64,000 nucleotides of DNA from an uncultured Gemmatimonadales bacterium (GCA_963717315.1 CAVQWA010000019.1:131-64130); one strand, 5' to 3'. Numbered from the stretch's first letter, positions 24,626-34,185 are shown. Notes: a model not told the origin generated them from the letters alone. A program made the numbers and translations.

Positions 24626-25180
24626 CTACCTCGTGCCGCGATCGCGCTGCCGATCCGGGAGGAGCGACCGGAGCTCGGCCACCGCGTCCACCGCGACGAG
24701 GAGGCCGGGCATCGGCAGCCGCTGCACCGCAACGAGGGTGACCGCCGGGAACTCCCCGGGGGCGAACCAGTCGGCGGCGGCGAGACGGAGCCCGGCGGCA
24801 ACCGCGGAATCGCTCCGGGCCACGTGATAGACCGTGAGCCGGACCACGTCGCCGGGCACCCCACGGCCGGCGCGGACCACCGCCACGACATTGGCCAGCG
24901 CCTGGCGAAGCTGCGCGGTCACGTCCCCGTCGCCGACGATGGCACCGGCGCTGTCCACCGCCACCTGGCCCGACACCCAGACGGTCAAGCCGACCTTGAC
25001 GCCGGAGGAGAATCCGGGAAGCTGCGGCACCGAGGGCGGATTGAGGTAGACCGGCGCCGCGACCGGCGGCGGCCCCGCCATCGGCCCGGCGCCTCCGGAG
25101 GCGGGACCGGCCGGGGCACAGGCGACGGCGAGGAACGCGAGCGCGGCGAGGGCGCGGCGCGGAGGGGAGATCAGCGGCAA
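24626..25180 (-). CDS. RidA/YjgF-family protein with lipoprotein signal peptide
   Basis: 184 aa. ALAALAFLAVAC lipobox. VSGQVAVDSAGAIVGDGDVTAQLRQALANV...VRLTVY is the RidA fold pattern. Confidence 0.75.
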   Translation of the reverse strand: MPLISPPRRALAALAFLAVACAPAGPASGGAGPMAGPPPVAAPVYLNPPSVPQLPGFSSGVKVGLTVWVSGQVAVDSAGAIVGDGDVTAQLRQALANVVAVVRAGRGVPGDVVRLTVYHVARSDSAVAAGLRLAAADWFAPGEFPAVTLVAVQRLPMPGLLVAVDAVAELRSLLPDRQRDRGTR

Positions 25181-25224
25181 TGGAACCTCGGGGTGTGGGC
25201 TGGGGCGGCGGGCCGCGGGGGAAT

Positions 25225-25749
25225 CTAGTCGCGTCCCCCCGGGGCCCGGGCGGAGGCCAGTTCACGCACCGCCACGGCGCCGATCCCGACGGGATTGCCG
25301 GTGACGGCTCGCCGGTGCGCGTCCGCCTGACCCAGGTGGAAGGCCAGGTGGGTGCAGAGATGGACGAGGAAGTCGCCCGTGGACACACGGAGCCCGCCGG
25401 CGGGCGCGGGGAAGTCTCGCGCGAGCGTGGCCGGGTCGAGCCGCTCGAGCGCGTCCCGCACCTCTTCCGAAGTGCGCGCCAGGAGGGCGTCGAGCTCGGC
25501 CCGGGGGAGCCCGGTGATGGTGAACTCCTCCTCCCGCCGCCGCACGTAGGCCGACCCGCCCAGCACGGCGCCGATGAAATGCCGCAGGTTCCCCGCCACG
25601 TGGAGCGCCAGGGTGCCACCGGAGTTCGGCAGGCCGGCCGCCGGGCCCCATACCGAGGCCTCGTCCGGATAGGCCGCGAGGGAACGCCGGAACGCCCCGA
25701 GGTCCCGGGCCAGGATCGCGGCGACGCCGGACGCGAGCGGCAGGGTCAC
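25225..25749 (-). CDS. DinB-family (DinB_2/DUF1572-like) protein
   Basis: 174 aa with GTG start. LALHVAGNLRHFIG...HLCTHLAFHLGQA is the DinB four-helix His pattern. Confidence 0.8.
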   Translation of the reverse strand: MTLPLASGVAAILARDLGAFRRSLAAYPDEASVWGPAAGLPNSGGTLALHVAGNLRHFIGAVLGGSAYVRRREEEFTITGLPRAELDALLARTSEEVRDALERLDPATLARDFPAPAGGLRVSTGDFLVHLCTHLAFHLGQADAHRRAVTGNPVGIGAVAVRELASARAPGGRD

Positions 25750-25922
25750 GCCGGTCCCTTCCGGGCGAAGAAGGCGGCCATCGCGAGGTCGGCGACGGCC
25801 ACCAGCAGCAGGAGGAACCCCACCAGCCGGTTGCCGAACTCGAAGAGGAACGCCAGCCCGAGCGTGCCGATCAGCAGCGCGGAGGCGACGAGGGCGACGG
25901 CAATGATGCGGTTGGGGGCCAT
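25746..25922 (-). CDS. Small two-TM membrane protein (58 aa), hypothetical
   Basis: Not in the track (below the size cutoff). ATG 25920-25922 to TGA 25746-25748: MAPNRIIAVALVASALLIGTLGLAFLFEFGNRLVGFLLLLVAVADLAMAAFFARKGPA. The stop forms a GTGA overlap with the DinB start. Confidence 0.45.
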   Translation of the reverse strand: MAPNRIIAVALVASALLIGTLGLAFLFEFGNRLVGFLLLLVAVADLAMAAFFARKGPA

Positions 25923-25925
25923 GAC

Positions 25926-25949
25926 GGGGAGCGGGGAGCGGGGAGCGGG
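25926..25949 (+). repeat. Tandem GGGGAGC heptamers, G-quadruplex motif
   Basis: GGGGAGCGGGGAGCGGGGAGCGGG, in the divergent spacer between the small membrane ORF and sufE. Confidence 0.9.
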
Positions 25950-25969
25950 AACCGCACTAACTTACGTGC

Positions 25970-26383
25970 ATGGCCCAGCTCGACACCATCGTCGCGCGGC
26001 TGGCGGCGGCCGGCCGGGAAACCCGCCTCCAGACCCTCCTGGAGTACTCCCGGAAGCTGCCCGACCTCCCGGAAGGGCTCCGGGCCGCCCGGGACCAGGG
26101 GGTCGGCCAGGTGCACGAATGCCAGACGCCGGTCTTCCTCTTCGTGGAGGTCGCGGCCGGCCGGGTGGCGATCCACGCCGACGTGCCGCGCGAGTCGCCG
26201 ACCGTGCGGGGGTTCCTCGCGCTGCTGATCCGGAGCCTCGCCGGGGCGGCGCCGGCCGACGTGGCCGCGGTGCCCGACGACCTGCTCGAGCGGACCGGCC
26301 TGGCGGGCGACCTGGGGCTCACCCGCACGCAGGGCCTCACGGCGATCCTGCGGCGGGTCAAGCGGGAGGTTGCCGGGGCCTAG
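25970..26383 (+). CDS. sufE: SufE-family sulfur acceptor protein
   Basis: 137 aa. RLQTLLEYSRKLP...VHECQTPVFLFVE (active Cys)...RGFLALL...GLTRTQGLTAILRRVK. Confidence 0.88.
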   Translation: MAQLDTIVARLAAAGRETRLQTLLEYSRKLPDLPEGLRAARDQGVGQVHECQTPVFLFVEVAAGRVAIHADVPRESPTVRGFLALLIRSLAGAAPADVAAVPDDLLERTGLAGDLGLTRTQGLTAILRRVKREVAGA

Positions 26384-26865
26384 TGCGGCTCGGCGAGGAG
26401 CGCGGGCACATCGAGCGGCTGGGTGACCATCTCGAGATGGCCGGCAACGTCCATCGGCCACTGCTCCCGCGGGCGGTCGCGGTAGAGTTCGACGCCGTTC
26501 CCGTCCGGATCGCGGAGATAGAGCGCCTCGCTCACCCCGTGGTCGCTCGCGCCGTCCAGCGGCACGCGGGCGGCGATCAGCCGGCGGAGCGCGTCGGCGA
26601 GCGTGCGGCGGTCGGGATACCGGATGGCCACGTGGTAGAGCCCGGTCGCGTTCTCCGGCGGCGGCGGGCCACCGCGACTGTGCCACACGTTCAGCCCGAT
26701 GTGATGGTGGTACCCGCCGGCGCTCACGAAGGCCGCGCCCTGCCCGTAGCGCTGCATCAGCTCGAAACCGAGCACCCCCACCCAGAATCCGAGCGCGCGG
26801 TCGAGGTCCGCCACCTTGAGGTGGACGTGGCCGATGTCCACTCGCGGGTCGATCGGCCCCGCCAC
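26380..26865 (-). CDS. VOC-family (glyoxalase/extradiol dioxygenase-like) protein
   Basis: 161 aa. IGHVHLKVADLDRALGFWVGVLGFEL...HHHIGLN...LYHVAIRYP...SEALYLRDPDGNGVELY. Confidence 0.85.
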   Translation of the reverse strand: MAGPIDPRVDIGHVHLKVADLDRALGFWVGVLGFELMQRYGQGAAFVSAGGYHHHIGLNVWHSRGGPPPPENATGLYHVAIRYPDRRTLADALRRLIAARVPLDGASDHGVSEALYLRDPDGNGVELYRDRPREQWPMDVAGHLEMVTQPLDVPALLAEPH

Positions 26866-26872
26866 CGCCGCC

Positions 26873-27460
26873 TCAGGCCTTCCCCAGCTCGTCGAACCGC
26901 TCGACCACCTTTCCCACCAGGCCGTACTTGATCGCCGCCTCGGCGTCGAGCCAGAAGTTGCGGTGGGTGTCCTCCTCGATCCGCTCGAGCGTCTGGCCGG
27001 TCTCGCGGGCGAAGATCTGGTTGAGCCGGTCGCGCATCCGGAGGATCTCCCGCGCCTCGATCTCGATGTCGCTCGCGGTGCCGCCCGACCCGCCGGCCGG
27101 CTGGTGCAGGAGGAACCGGGTGTTGGGGAGGCAGAACCGGCGCTCCCGGGGCACCGAGACGAAGATCAGCGCGCCGGCGCTCGCCACCCAGCCGGTGCCG
27201 ACGATGCGCACCTGCGGCCGGACGAAGCGGATCATGTCGTGGATGGTATCGCCCGCCTCGACGTGGCCGCCCTGGGAGTTGATGTAGATGGTGATGGCGT
27301 CGTCCGACTCCGCCGCCATCGCCAGCAGCTGCCCGGTGACCCGCTCGGCGAGCCGCTGGGTGATCTCGCCGCTGATGATGAGGGTGCGGGCACGGAGCAG
27401 GCGCTCGCCGACGGGGTCGCGGAGGCTGCGGAATTCCTCGGGAGCTTCGCTGCGGTTCAT
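26873..27460 (-). CDS. clpP: ClpP-family protease subunit, atypical (Ser-His-Asn, short N-terminus)
   Basis: C-terminal 195 aa of track ORF 26873..27661, ATG 27458-27460. [15 protein letters not shown] (Ser), LLHQP (His). The position of catalytic Asp (E. coli ERD171RF) reads THRNFW in a gap-free manual alignment. Confidence 0.85.
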   Translation of the reverse strand: MNRSEAPEEFRSLRDPVGERLLRARTLIISGEITQRLAERVTGQLLAMAAESDDAITIYINSQGGHVEAGDTIHDMIRFVRPQVRIVGTGWVASAGALIFVSVPRERRFCLPNTRFLLHQPAGGSGGTASDIEIEAREILRMRDRLNQIFARETGQTLERIEEDTHRNFWLDAEAAIKYGLVGKVVERFDELGKA

Positions 27461-27563
27461 CGGGGGTCCGGTAGGTGAAGGGCCGGCAGGAAACATGGAC
27501 GGGGGCCCCGAACCTGTCCACCGGCCCCGGGCCCCGCGGCCTGCACTCTCCATCAGTCGGGCG

Positions 27564-29678
27564 CTATTCGAATACGCTGATCGCCAGGACGGGCGTGCCG
27601 AACCCGTCCGATCCACCGACGGAAACGACTCGACCGTCCGGGAGGGCGAGGAGCGAGCCATCGCGGTGCCAAGTGTCCAACACCGGGCCCGGCAGGAAGC
27701 GCCCGAGTACAGGGTCGAAGACGTCAGTGCGCGTGAGGAGGCCGGTGTTGACGTTCACCGCGATCCCGGCACTCCCGCCCAGGACCAGGACCCGACCGTC
27801 CGCGGCCGTGACGGCCTGCTCGCTGGATCGGGGAATCGCCATGACGCCAGCACTGGTCCAGACGCCGGAAACCGGGTCGAGACTCTCGGCCTCCGGGACG
27901 TTCTCCCACTCGAGCCCCGGGCGCGTCCCCCCGAACAGGATGAAGCGGCCGTCACCGAGGACGGCGAATCTTCCGCCGCTCCGTGGGACCGCCGAGGAGG
28001 GGAGGTCGCTGGCCAGTCCCGAGGCGAGGTCCACCACGACCACGGCGGGTGAGAGGGCGGCACCGTGCGCCCCCCCCACGGCCAGGACGCCACCCGGCAA
28101 CTCCCGCATCGCCTGGATGCGCGTCGGGAGCGACACCCCCGTCGCAGTGAGGGAGGTGACCGCGGCCGTGCCCGGATCGAAGACGATGAGCGACGCGGGC
28201 GGCAGGCCCGGATGGGCAGCGAGCACGACGCGACCATCCGCGAGCCGGATCGCCTGGCCGACACTCTCGATCCCCTCGAGACTGTCCGCGAACGTGAAGG
28301 TCCCGGCCAGGGGATCGTACACCTCGATGATCCCGCTTCCGGCCACCAAGATGGTCCCGTCCACCATCTCCACCGCGACCCCAATGCCGACCACCCCGGA
28401 GGCACCGGCCGGCGTCACGTCGCCCGTCCCCGGATCCCAGATCTCGGCCGTGGAGGATCCGGCGGGGGCCGCGAGTCCACCCACCACGAGCACCCGGCCA
28501 TCCGGCAGTCGGGCGAGTGCCGGTGTGCCCCGCCCGAACCCGAGGGCACCATGCGGGGCGAACGATCCGGCGGCCGGCGCGAGCACCTCCACCGTGGCGG
28601 TGTCGGTGAGCACCGAATCGGCCGGATTCGTCACCGTCAGGGTGAACAGCGTCGTCGAGCCGAGCGGTGCCGTCGTGACGCCGGCCGTCGTGTTGCCCAG
28701 CGCGCCGGGGGAGGGAGCGAGCACGGTGGAACCCTCGGCGTCGCTGGCGTTGACGGCGAACAGGGCGGTCGCTCCAGGGGGGATCGCCCGCGTGATCGCG
28801 TCGAACCGGCTGATGCCTGGCGGAGAGAACCCGGCCACCTGGACGGTGGCAGTGACCGTCGCGCCTCCGGTGCCGGTCACGGTGAGGAGGTAATCGGTGG
28901 TGGCGGCAAGCGGCGTGACCTCCACCGGCACGCCAGACGTGACGGGCCCCACGCCCGGCGCGATCTCGCCGGTTCCCTCGGCGAACACGGCGGTCAGTAC
29001 GGCCTTCTGGCCGAAGGTGACCGCGGCCCGGTCCGCCGTGAAGCTCGTGATCACCGGGCCCGCGGCGAGCGTCACCGTCGCGGCCCCCTGCGCCGTGGTC
29101 CCGGCCAGGTTCGTGACCGTGCACCCGAGCTGGGCGGTGGCGCCCGCGCCCGCCGTGAACGTGACCTGGCGCGTGCCGGCGCCGGCGGTGATCACCCCGC
29201 CGACGATGGTCCAGGCGTAAGTCACGCCGGCCTGCGCCGGCACGCTGGCCACCAGCCCCGCTGTCCCCTGGCTCGCCGAGGCGGGTGCGGTGATCGTGGC
29301 GACCGGCGCGCCGACCACGAGCACTTCCGCGCTGTCGGCCGCGTCGGGGTCGGCCACGCTCGTGGCCACGACCCAGCGCACACCCGTCGTTCCCCCTGCC
29401 GTGTAGAGCCCGGCGGGGGAAACGGTGCCGGCGCCGGCCCCGCCCCGCGCCGCCCACGCGACGGCGCCGTTGGAAGTCCCCGAGACCGCCGCATCGAACG
29501 AGGCGGTCAGGCCGGTGGTCACGGTGTCCGCGCCCGGCGTCACTGTCACGGAGACCACCGGGTCCGGCGGCCCATTCCCGCCGCCAGATCCCCCGCAGGC
29601 GGCGAGCGAGAGAGTGCAGGCGACCAGGGTCGCGACGGCCGGAACCGGACAGCATGCGACAGGGCGCCGCAGGCGCAT
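27564..29678 (-). CDS. Lipoprotein with Ig-like repeats and C-terminal Kelch-type beta-propeller
   Basis: Track ORF 27564..29810 with the start at ATG 29676-29678. Lipobox LSLAAC. T/V/A/G-rich repeated about 90-aa modules. The C-terminal half has repeated DGRVLV(V/L)GG / DGRVVLA / DGRFILFGG blades. Confidence 0.8.
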   Translation of the reverse strand: MRLRRPVACCPVPAVATLVACTLSLAACGGSGGGNGPPDPVVSVTVTPGADTVTTGLTASFDAAVSGTSNGAVAWAARGGAGAGTVSPAGLYTAGGTTGVRWVVATSVADPDAADSAEVLVVGAPVATITAPASASQGTAGLVASVPAQAGVTYAWTIVGGVITAGAGTRQVTFTAGAGATAQLGCTVTNLAGTTAQGAATVTLAAGPVITSFTADRAAVTFGQKAVLTAVFAEGTGEIAPGVGPVTSGVPVEVTPLAATTDYLLTVTGTGGATVTATVQVAGFSPPGISRFDAITRAIPPGATALFAVNASDAEGSTVLAPSPGALGNTTAGVTTAPLGSTTLFTLTVTNPADSVLTDTATVEVLAPAAGSFAPHGALGFGRGTPALARLPDGRVLVVGGLAAPAGSSTAEIWDPGTGDVTPAGASGVVGIGVAVEMVDGTILVAGSGIIEVYDPLAGTFTFADSLEGIESVGQAIRLADGRVVLAAHPGLPPASLIVFDPGTAAVTSLTATGVSLPTRIQAMRELPGGVLAVGGAHGAALSPAVVVVDLASGLASDLPSSAVPRSGGRFAVLGDGRFILFGGTRPGLEWENVPEAESLDPVSGVWTSAGVMAIPRSSEQAVTAADGRVLVLGGSAGIAVNVNTGLLTRTDVFDPVLGRFLPGPVLDTWHRDGSLLALPDGRVVSVGGSDGFGTPVLAISVFE

Positions 29679-29868
29679 GCAGTATCCTCGCTGGGTTGCC
29701 GGGGGAAGACGGGCCGGGGGAGGCCCGTGCGAAAGTATACTATCTACCAGCAGACCCAAGTCAATCCCGCGGGATGCTGTCCCGTCAGTGCTCGCGCAGT
29801 GCACACCCACGCGCTATCGTCCGTTCCGGCATTCCCGGGCCCCTGCGTCCCCCACCGTCACGTGAGCC

Positions 29869-31032
29869 ATGCGCGCCGCCCTCCTCCTCGCCGCGTTCGC
29901 CGTCCCCTTCCCCGCGCGCGCCCAGCGGCCGGACCCGACCCCGGGTTGGCCCGCGCTGGTCCGCACCCTCGACGCCTACGCCGACAGCGACCGGGCCGTC
30001 GGCGCCTCGGCGGCACTCGTGCGGGACGGGCGAATCGTCGCGCGGCATCACGTCGGCTTCGCCGACCGCGCCACGGGGCGACGGGTGGACGACCGCACGA
30101 TCTTCCACTGGGCGTCCATCACCAAGACGCTCGGCGCCGTGGCGGTGATGCAGCTCCGCGACCGGGGGCGCCTGTCGCTCGACGATCCCATCGTCCGATG
30201 GGTGCCGGAACTCCGGCGGCTGCACGACCCGTACGGGATGATCGACTCGATCCCCGTGCGGATGCTGCTCTCCCATTCGGCCGGCTTCCGGAACGGCACC
30301 TGGCCCTACGGCGGCGAGGCGTGGCAGCCGTTCGAGCCGACCGAATGGGGCCAGCTGGTGGCGATGATGCCGTACCAGCAGCTCGAGTTCCGGCCCGGCT
30401 CCGGCTACGGCTACTCGAATCCCGCCTACGTCTACCTGGCCCGGGTGGTGGAGCAGGAGTCACGCGACCCGTGGGTCGCTTACATCCAGAAGAACATCTG
30501 GGCCCCGCTCGGGATGACGCGCAGCTACACGGGCCTGACCCCTTACCACCTCCAGGCGGACCGCGGGCACGGGTACGAGATTCGGCGAATCGGGGACCGG
30601 GACTCGGTGCTGGACATCGGCGCCGACTTCGATCCCGGCATCACGATCCCGAACGGCGGCTGGAACGCACCGGTGGACGACGTCGCGGCGTGGGCGGCGT
30701 TCCTGCTGGGCCGGCCGGCCGGCGACGCCACCCGGGCGCGGTACCAGGGCGTGCTCGCGCGCGCCACGCTGGAGGAGATGTGGCGCCCGGTGCTGGCGTC
30801 GCGCGAAGGGTACACCGCCGGCGAATCGGTGGGGCTCGGCTTCTTCCTGCTGGAGCGGAACGGCCGCCGCCTCGTGGGGCACACCGGCGACCAGGCCGGC
30901 TACCGGTCCTTCCTCTATCTCGACCCCGCCGCCGGCACCGCGGTGATCGTCGTCCTCAACACGACGAACTACGCCCGGGACGACCGGGCCGGATGGGACC
31001 GGCTGGTGGAGGCGGGGGTGGGGGCGCTTTAG
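29869..31032 (+). CDS. Serine hydrolase, beta-lactamase/penicillin-binding (class C-like) family, secreted
   Basis: 387 aa with a signal peptide. SxxK = SITK (FHWASITKTLGAVAV). YxN = YSN. C-terminal HTGDQAGY. Confidence 0.88.
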   Translation: MRAALLLAAFAVPFPARAQRPDPTPGWPALVRTLDAYADSDRAVGASAALVRDGRIVARHHVGFADRATGRRVDDRTIFHWASITKTLGAVAVMQLRDRGRLSLDDPIVRWVPELRRLHDPYGMIDSIPVRMLLSHSAGFRNGTWPYGGEAWQPFEPTEWGQLVAMMPYQQLEFRPGSGYGYSNPAYVYLARVVEQESRDPWVAYIQKNIWAPLGMTRSYTGLTPYHLQADRGHGYEIRRIGDRDSVLDIGADFDPGITIPNGGWNAPVDDVAAWAAFLLGRPAGDATRARYQGVLARATLEEMWRPVLASREGYTAGESVGLGFFLLERNGRRLVGHTGDQAGYRSFLYLDPAAGTAVIVVLNTTNYARDDRAGWDRLVEAGVGAL

Positions 31033-31062
31033 GGGAGAGGGGAGAGGGGAGAGGGGAGAGGG
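31031..31062 (+). repeat. Tandem AGGGGAG heptamers, G-quadruplex motif
   Basis: AGGGGAGAGGGGAGAGGGGAGAGGGGAGAGGG begins inside the TAG stop (31030-31032) of the preceding gene. Five G runs with 3-nt loops. Confidence 0.9.
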
Positions 31063-31070
31063 CCTTCGAC

Positions 31071-31496
31071 CTATTCCTCCAGCCCCCACGTCGCCGCCGT
31101 CGCCAGTTCCACGCTGTTGCCCGCCGGGTCGCGCAGGTAGAGCGACCGGCCGCCACCCGCCCAGCGCACTTCCGATTCGACGTCCACGCCGGCCCGCACC
31201 AGATGGCGGCGCCAGCGCTCCACCTCCGCCTCCGGCACCCGGAATGCCACGTGGCCCGGACCCCGCGTACCGTGCATCGGGATGGGCGACCCGTTCACGA
31301 TGAAACGGTCGCGCTCCGTGCTCGCAGGGTTGAAGACCAGGAACATCCCCGCGCCGCAGCGGAAGAAGACCAGCCGGCCCTCCTGCCGCAGGAACACCTC
31401 GAGCCCCAGGACCCCCTGATAGAACCGCTCGGCGGCCGCGAGATCCTCCGCGTACACCACGGTCTCCAGCACGCCCGGAATCCGGGGCGCCGTCAT
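31071..31496 (-). CDS. VOC-family (glyoxalase/bleomycin-resistance) protein
   Basis: C-terminal 141 aa of track ORF 31071..31832, ATG 31494-31496 (ATGA overlap). VVYAEDLAAAERFYQGVLGLEV...GPGHVAFRV...SLYLRDPAGNSVEL. Confidence 0.82.
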   Translation of the reverse strand: MTAPRIPGVLETVVYAEDLAAAERFYQGVLGLEVFLRQEGRLVFFRCGAGMFLVFNPASTERDRFIVNGSPIPMHGTRGPGHVAFRVPEAEVERWRRHLVRAGVDVESEVRWAGGGRSLYLRDPAGNSVELATAATWGLEE

Positions 31497-32335
31497 CGGG
31501 CGAGGCGCTTCCGCATCACGCGCACCGCCGCGGGGCTTTCGTCCACGAGCAGCACCCGCCGGCCGTGCCGCAGCGCCGCCTCGCCGAAGCTCCCGCTTCC
31601 CGCGAAGAAATCGAGCAGCAGGTCCCCTTCGTCCGAGTGCACCCGCACGATCCGCTCGAGCAGGGCCACCGGTTTCTGGGTCGGATATCCGGTGCGCTCG
31701 CGCGAACGGGTGGGGACGATCGTGTGCCACCAGACGTCGGTGAGCGGCTTGCCGCGCGCCCGCCGCTCGGGCGTCTGGAGCCGCGGGGCCAGGTAGGGCA
31801 CCCGGTCCACCACGTCGGCGTGGAACACCCACCGCTTCGGGTCGCGGCTGTACCAGAGGATGGTGTCGTGCTTGGCGGGCCAGGCGCGCCGGGGCCGCGC
31901 GCCGAAGTCGTAGGCCCAGATGATCTCGTTCCGGAAGCAGTCCCGCCCGAACACGGCGTCGAGCAGCACCTTGACGTAGTGCACCTCGCGCTGGTCGAGG
32001 TGCACGAAGAGCGACCCGTCCTCGGCGAGCACCCGGCGGGCCTCCACCAGGCGCGGGGCCAGGAAGGCGAGGTAGTCGTCCCAGCGGTCGGCCCAGGCGT
32101 CCACCGCCACCGGGATGTCGCGGAACCGCTCACCGCCGAACCCGACCCGGTCGCCGGCGTCGTCGCGAACCGTGCGGAGCCGGCGCCGCCCGCGCCGCAG
32201 CCCGGTGTTGAAGGGAGGGTCGATGTAGATCAGCCGGACGGCCCGGTCGGGGATGGTCGCGAGGGCGGCGAGGTTGTCGCCCCGGATGATCCGGAGCGCG
32301 TCCGCGACGGCGACGCCCGCCGGCCCGCCGGTCAC
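31493..32335 (-). CDS. DNA methyltransferase, beta-class (N6-adenine/N4-cytosine type), no partner endonuclease
   Basis: Track ORF 31493..32479 with GTG 32333-32335 (GTGA overlap). Motif IV LIYIDPPFNTG precedes motif I LLDFFAGSGSFGEAA. YPTQKPVALLERIV. Confidence 0.85.
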   Translation of the reverse strand: MTGGPAGVAVADALRIIRGDNLAALATIPDRAVRLIYIDPPFNTGLRRGRRRLRTVRDDAGDRVGFGGERFRDIPVAVDAWADRWDDYLAFLAPRLVEARRVLAEDGSLFVHLDQREVHYVKVLLDAVFGRDCFRNEIIWAYDFGARPRRAWPAKHDTILWYSRDPKRWVFHADVVDRVPYLAPRLQTPERRARGKPLTDVWWHTIVPTRSRERTGYPTQKPVALLERIVRVHSDEGDLLLDFFAGSGSFGEAALRHGRRVLLVDESPAAVRVMRKRLAR

Positions 32336-32694
32336 GAATGGAAGATCCCGATCCAGGCCGCGACTCCGCCGAGGACCGGCAGGAGCACGAGCATCGGCCG
32401 GGCCAGCGCCCGGCGGCGATACGGCAGGGCCGCCGCGCCGGCGAGCAGGAGCCAGATCGCGAGCTTCGGGTGCACCCACCCGGGGATGCCGTGGACGTCG
32501 AGCTGAGCCAGCATCCCGAACCCGCCCAGCACCACGAGGAGGGCGCCCAGGCCGTGCGCCGCCAGCACGAGCGCCCGGGCCGAATGCCGCTTCTCGCCAC
32601 CGGCCGCGGCGTGCACGAAGAGGCCGCCCAGGGCGAGGAAGAGGGTGAAGATGCCGAACAAGTGGATGAGCTTGTAGGTGTCGTAGGTCAGCAT
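32332..32694 (-). CDS. Small polytopic membrane protein (4 TM), function unknown
   Basis: Track ORF 32332..32793 with the start at ATG 32692-32694 (MLTYDTYKLIHLFGIFTLFLALGG...). 120 aa and strongly hydrophobic. Confidence 0.7.
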   Translation of the reverse strand: MLTYDTYKLIHLFGIFTLFLALGGLFVHAAAGGEKRHSARALVLAAHGLGALLVVLGGFGMLAQLDVHGIPGWVHPKLAIWLLLAGAAALPYRRRALARPMLVLLPVLGGVAAWIGIFHS

Positions 32695-32878
32695 GGGTCG
32701 CGGGTCACCAGGAATCGAGGAACGGGGAACGGGGTGCTTGCGCCGCCCCCCAGGGGTTGGGGGAAGGGTTGACCGTGGCGGGGAGCGGGTCAAGTCCCGG
32801 CCGCAACACCGGCCGGGGCTTCCTCGTATACTTCGGTGTCAGGCGCGCGGCCCTTCCCGCGGCCGCCGGGAATCCGCG

Positions 32879-33784
32879 ATGCCGCTCATACCCATCCTCA
32901 TCCAGCGCCTCACCGCGTCTCGCACGCCCGAGCCCCGGCCATTCCGGCTCGAGCTCGAGCCGGCGCCCCGCCGCCGATGGGTGAGCCTGGCCGGCAGCGC
33001 CCTCTTCCACCTGCTGCTCATCGGCGTCGGTCTCGGCCTGCTACGGCACCCCACGCTCCAGCCCCCGCCCGAACGACTCGTCCGCGCCGAGCCGGACCAG
33101 CCGCAGGTGCAGCTCATCCCGCTCACGCCGCCGGCGCCGCAACCCGAGCCCGAGCGCGAGCCGGAACCGCCCCGGGAGCAACGACCCCAGCTCATCCGGC
33201 CGCCGGTCGTCGCGCCCCCCACCCCGCCGATCGACGTCGAGGACTTTCCCGACGTCGTGGATGAGGTGGCGACGCGGGGCGAGGACGGCGAGCAGGGTCA
33301 GACCGAGGTTCCCGACGCCGCCGTCGAACCGGCACCGACCGAGCTGGCGAGGATCCCGACGATGGAGGAGGAGGCCCGGCGGATCTTCGGCCGGCGCGGC
33401 CGGCGCGGAGCCGGGAGTGCCGACCGGGAGGAGTGGACGGGTCCGCTCCCGGGCCCGCCCAACGCCCTCGAGAAGTGCGACATGCCGCCGCTGCCGCAGC
33501 CCGCTCCCGGGGAGCCGGAGCCGACCAGCACCGCCACCGGCCGGATCCTGGCGGACGACAACGTCACGCCGCTCCCGGGCGCGCACCTGCAGGTGATCGG
33601 GCAGCCGTACTCGACCTTCAGCGGCTCGGGCGGGCAGTATCGGCTGACAATCCCGCGGAAGCTGGTCGAGAACTGCCGGGTGCAGTACGTTCGCGTATCG
33701 GCGACCGGCTACCGGAGCCGGCTGCTCCCGATGTCGCTGGGCCAGGCCCCGTTGAGCGACGACGTGGCGTTGCGCCGGCGGTAG
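32879..33784 (+). CDS. Membrane-anchored proline-rich protein with C-terminal carboxypeptidase-regulatory-like domain
   Basis: Track ORF 32693..33784 with the start at ATG 32879. One TM (LAGSALFHLLLIGVGLGLL). A TonB-like PxP/EP-rich linker. C-terminal GRILADDNVTPLPGAHLQVIGQPYSTFSGSGGQYRLTIP. Confidence 0.7.
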   Translation: MPLIPILIQRLTASRTPEPRPFRLELEPAPRRRWVSLAGSALFHLLLIGVGLGLLRHPTLQPPPERLVRAEPDQPQVQLIPLTPPAPQPEPEREPEPPREQRPQLIRPPVVAPPTPPIDVEDFPDVVDEVATRGEDGEQGQTEVPDAAVEPAPTELARIPTMEEEARRIFGRRGRRGAGSADREEWTGPLPGPPNALEKCDMPPLPQPAPGEPEPTSTATGRILADDNVTPLPGAHLQVIGQPYSTFSGSGGQYRLTIPRKLVENCRVQYVRVSATGYRSRLLPMSLGQAPLSDDVALRRR

Positions 33785-33787
33785 GGG

Positions 33788-33892
33788 GTCGGGAGGTCGG
33801 ACAGTCGGACAGTCGGACGGTCGGACGGTCGGACAGACGGCCTGTCCGGCAGTTCAACTGCCCGACTGTCCGACTGTCCGACCGTCGGTCGG
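33788..33892. repeat. Octamer (GTCGGACA) tandem array with inverted partner: long hairpin
   Basis: Six units GTCGG[G/A][A/C][G/A] at 33788-33835. The inverted partner CCCGACTGTCCGACTGTCCGACCGTCGGTCGG is at 33861-33892. The array starts 4 nt after the stop at 33782-33784. Confidence 0.9.
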
Positions 33893-33951
33893 GTTGACGT
33901 GGGCCGGCGGCCGGGACACGTTCCCGTGCACTCCACTGACGGGAGGGACCG

Positions 33952-34155
33952 ATGTCCGTCGCCAAGGTCTCCGAGTTGATCGCCTCCTCCTCGACCAGCT
34001 TCGAGGACGCAATCAACAAGGGCATCCAGCGCGCCACCGCCACGCTCGAACAGGTGACCGGCGCGTGGGTGGAAGGCCAGAAGGTCGTGATCGAGAACGG
34101 CAAGATCAAGGAATACCGCGTGATCCTGAAGGTGACGTTCGTGCTGAAGAGCTAG
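33952..34155 (+). CDS. Dodecin-family (flavin-binding) protein
   Basis: 67 aa. KVSELIASSSTSFEDAINKGIQRATATLEQVTGAWVEGQKVVIENGKIKEYRVILKVTFVL matches the dodecin pattern. GGGAGG lies upstream. Confidence 0.85.
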   Translation: MSVAKVSELIASSSTSFEDAINKGIQRATATLEQVTGAWVEGQKVVIENGKIKEYRVILKVTFVLKS

Positions 34156-34185
34156 GTCACGGGTCGAAGGTCGAGGGACAAGCGA

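Noticed and set aside
33788-33892. Tandem 7-8-nt arrays and REP pairs considered as possible CRISPR arrays.
   Set aside because: The units are only 7-8 nt (or 32-37 nt REP units directly abutting) with no unique spacers of 25-40 nt. No cas genes are in the window.
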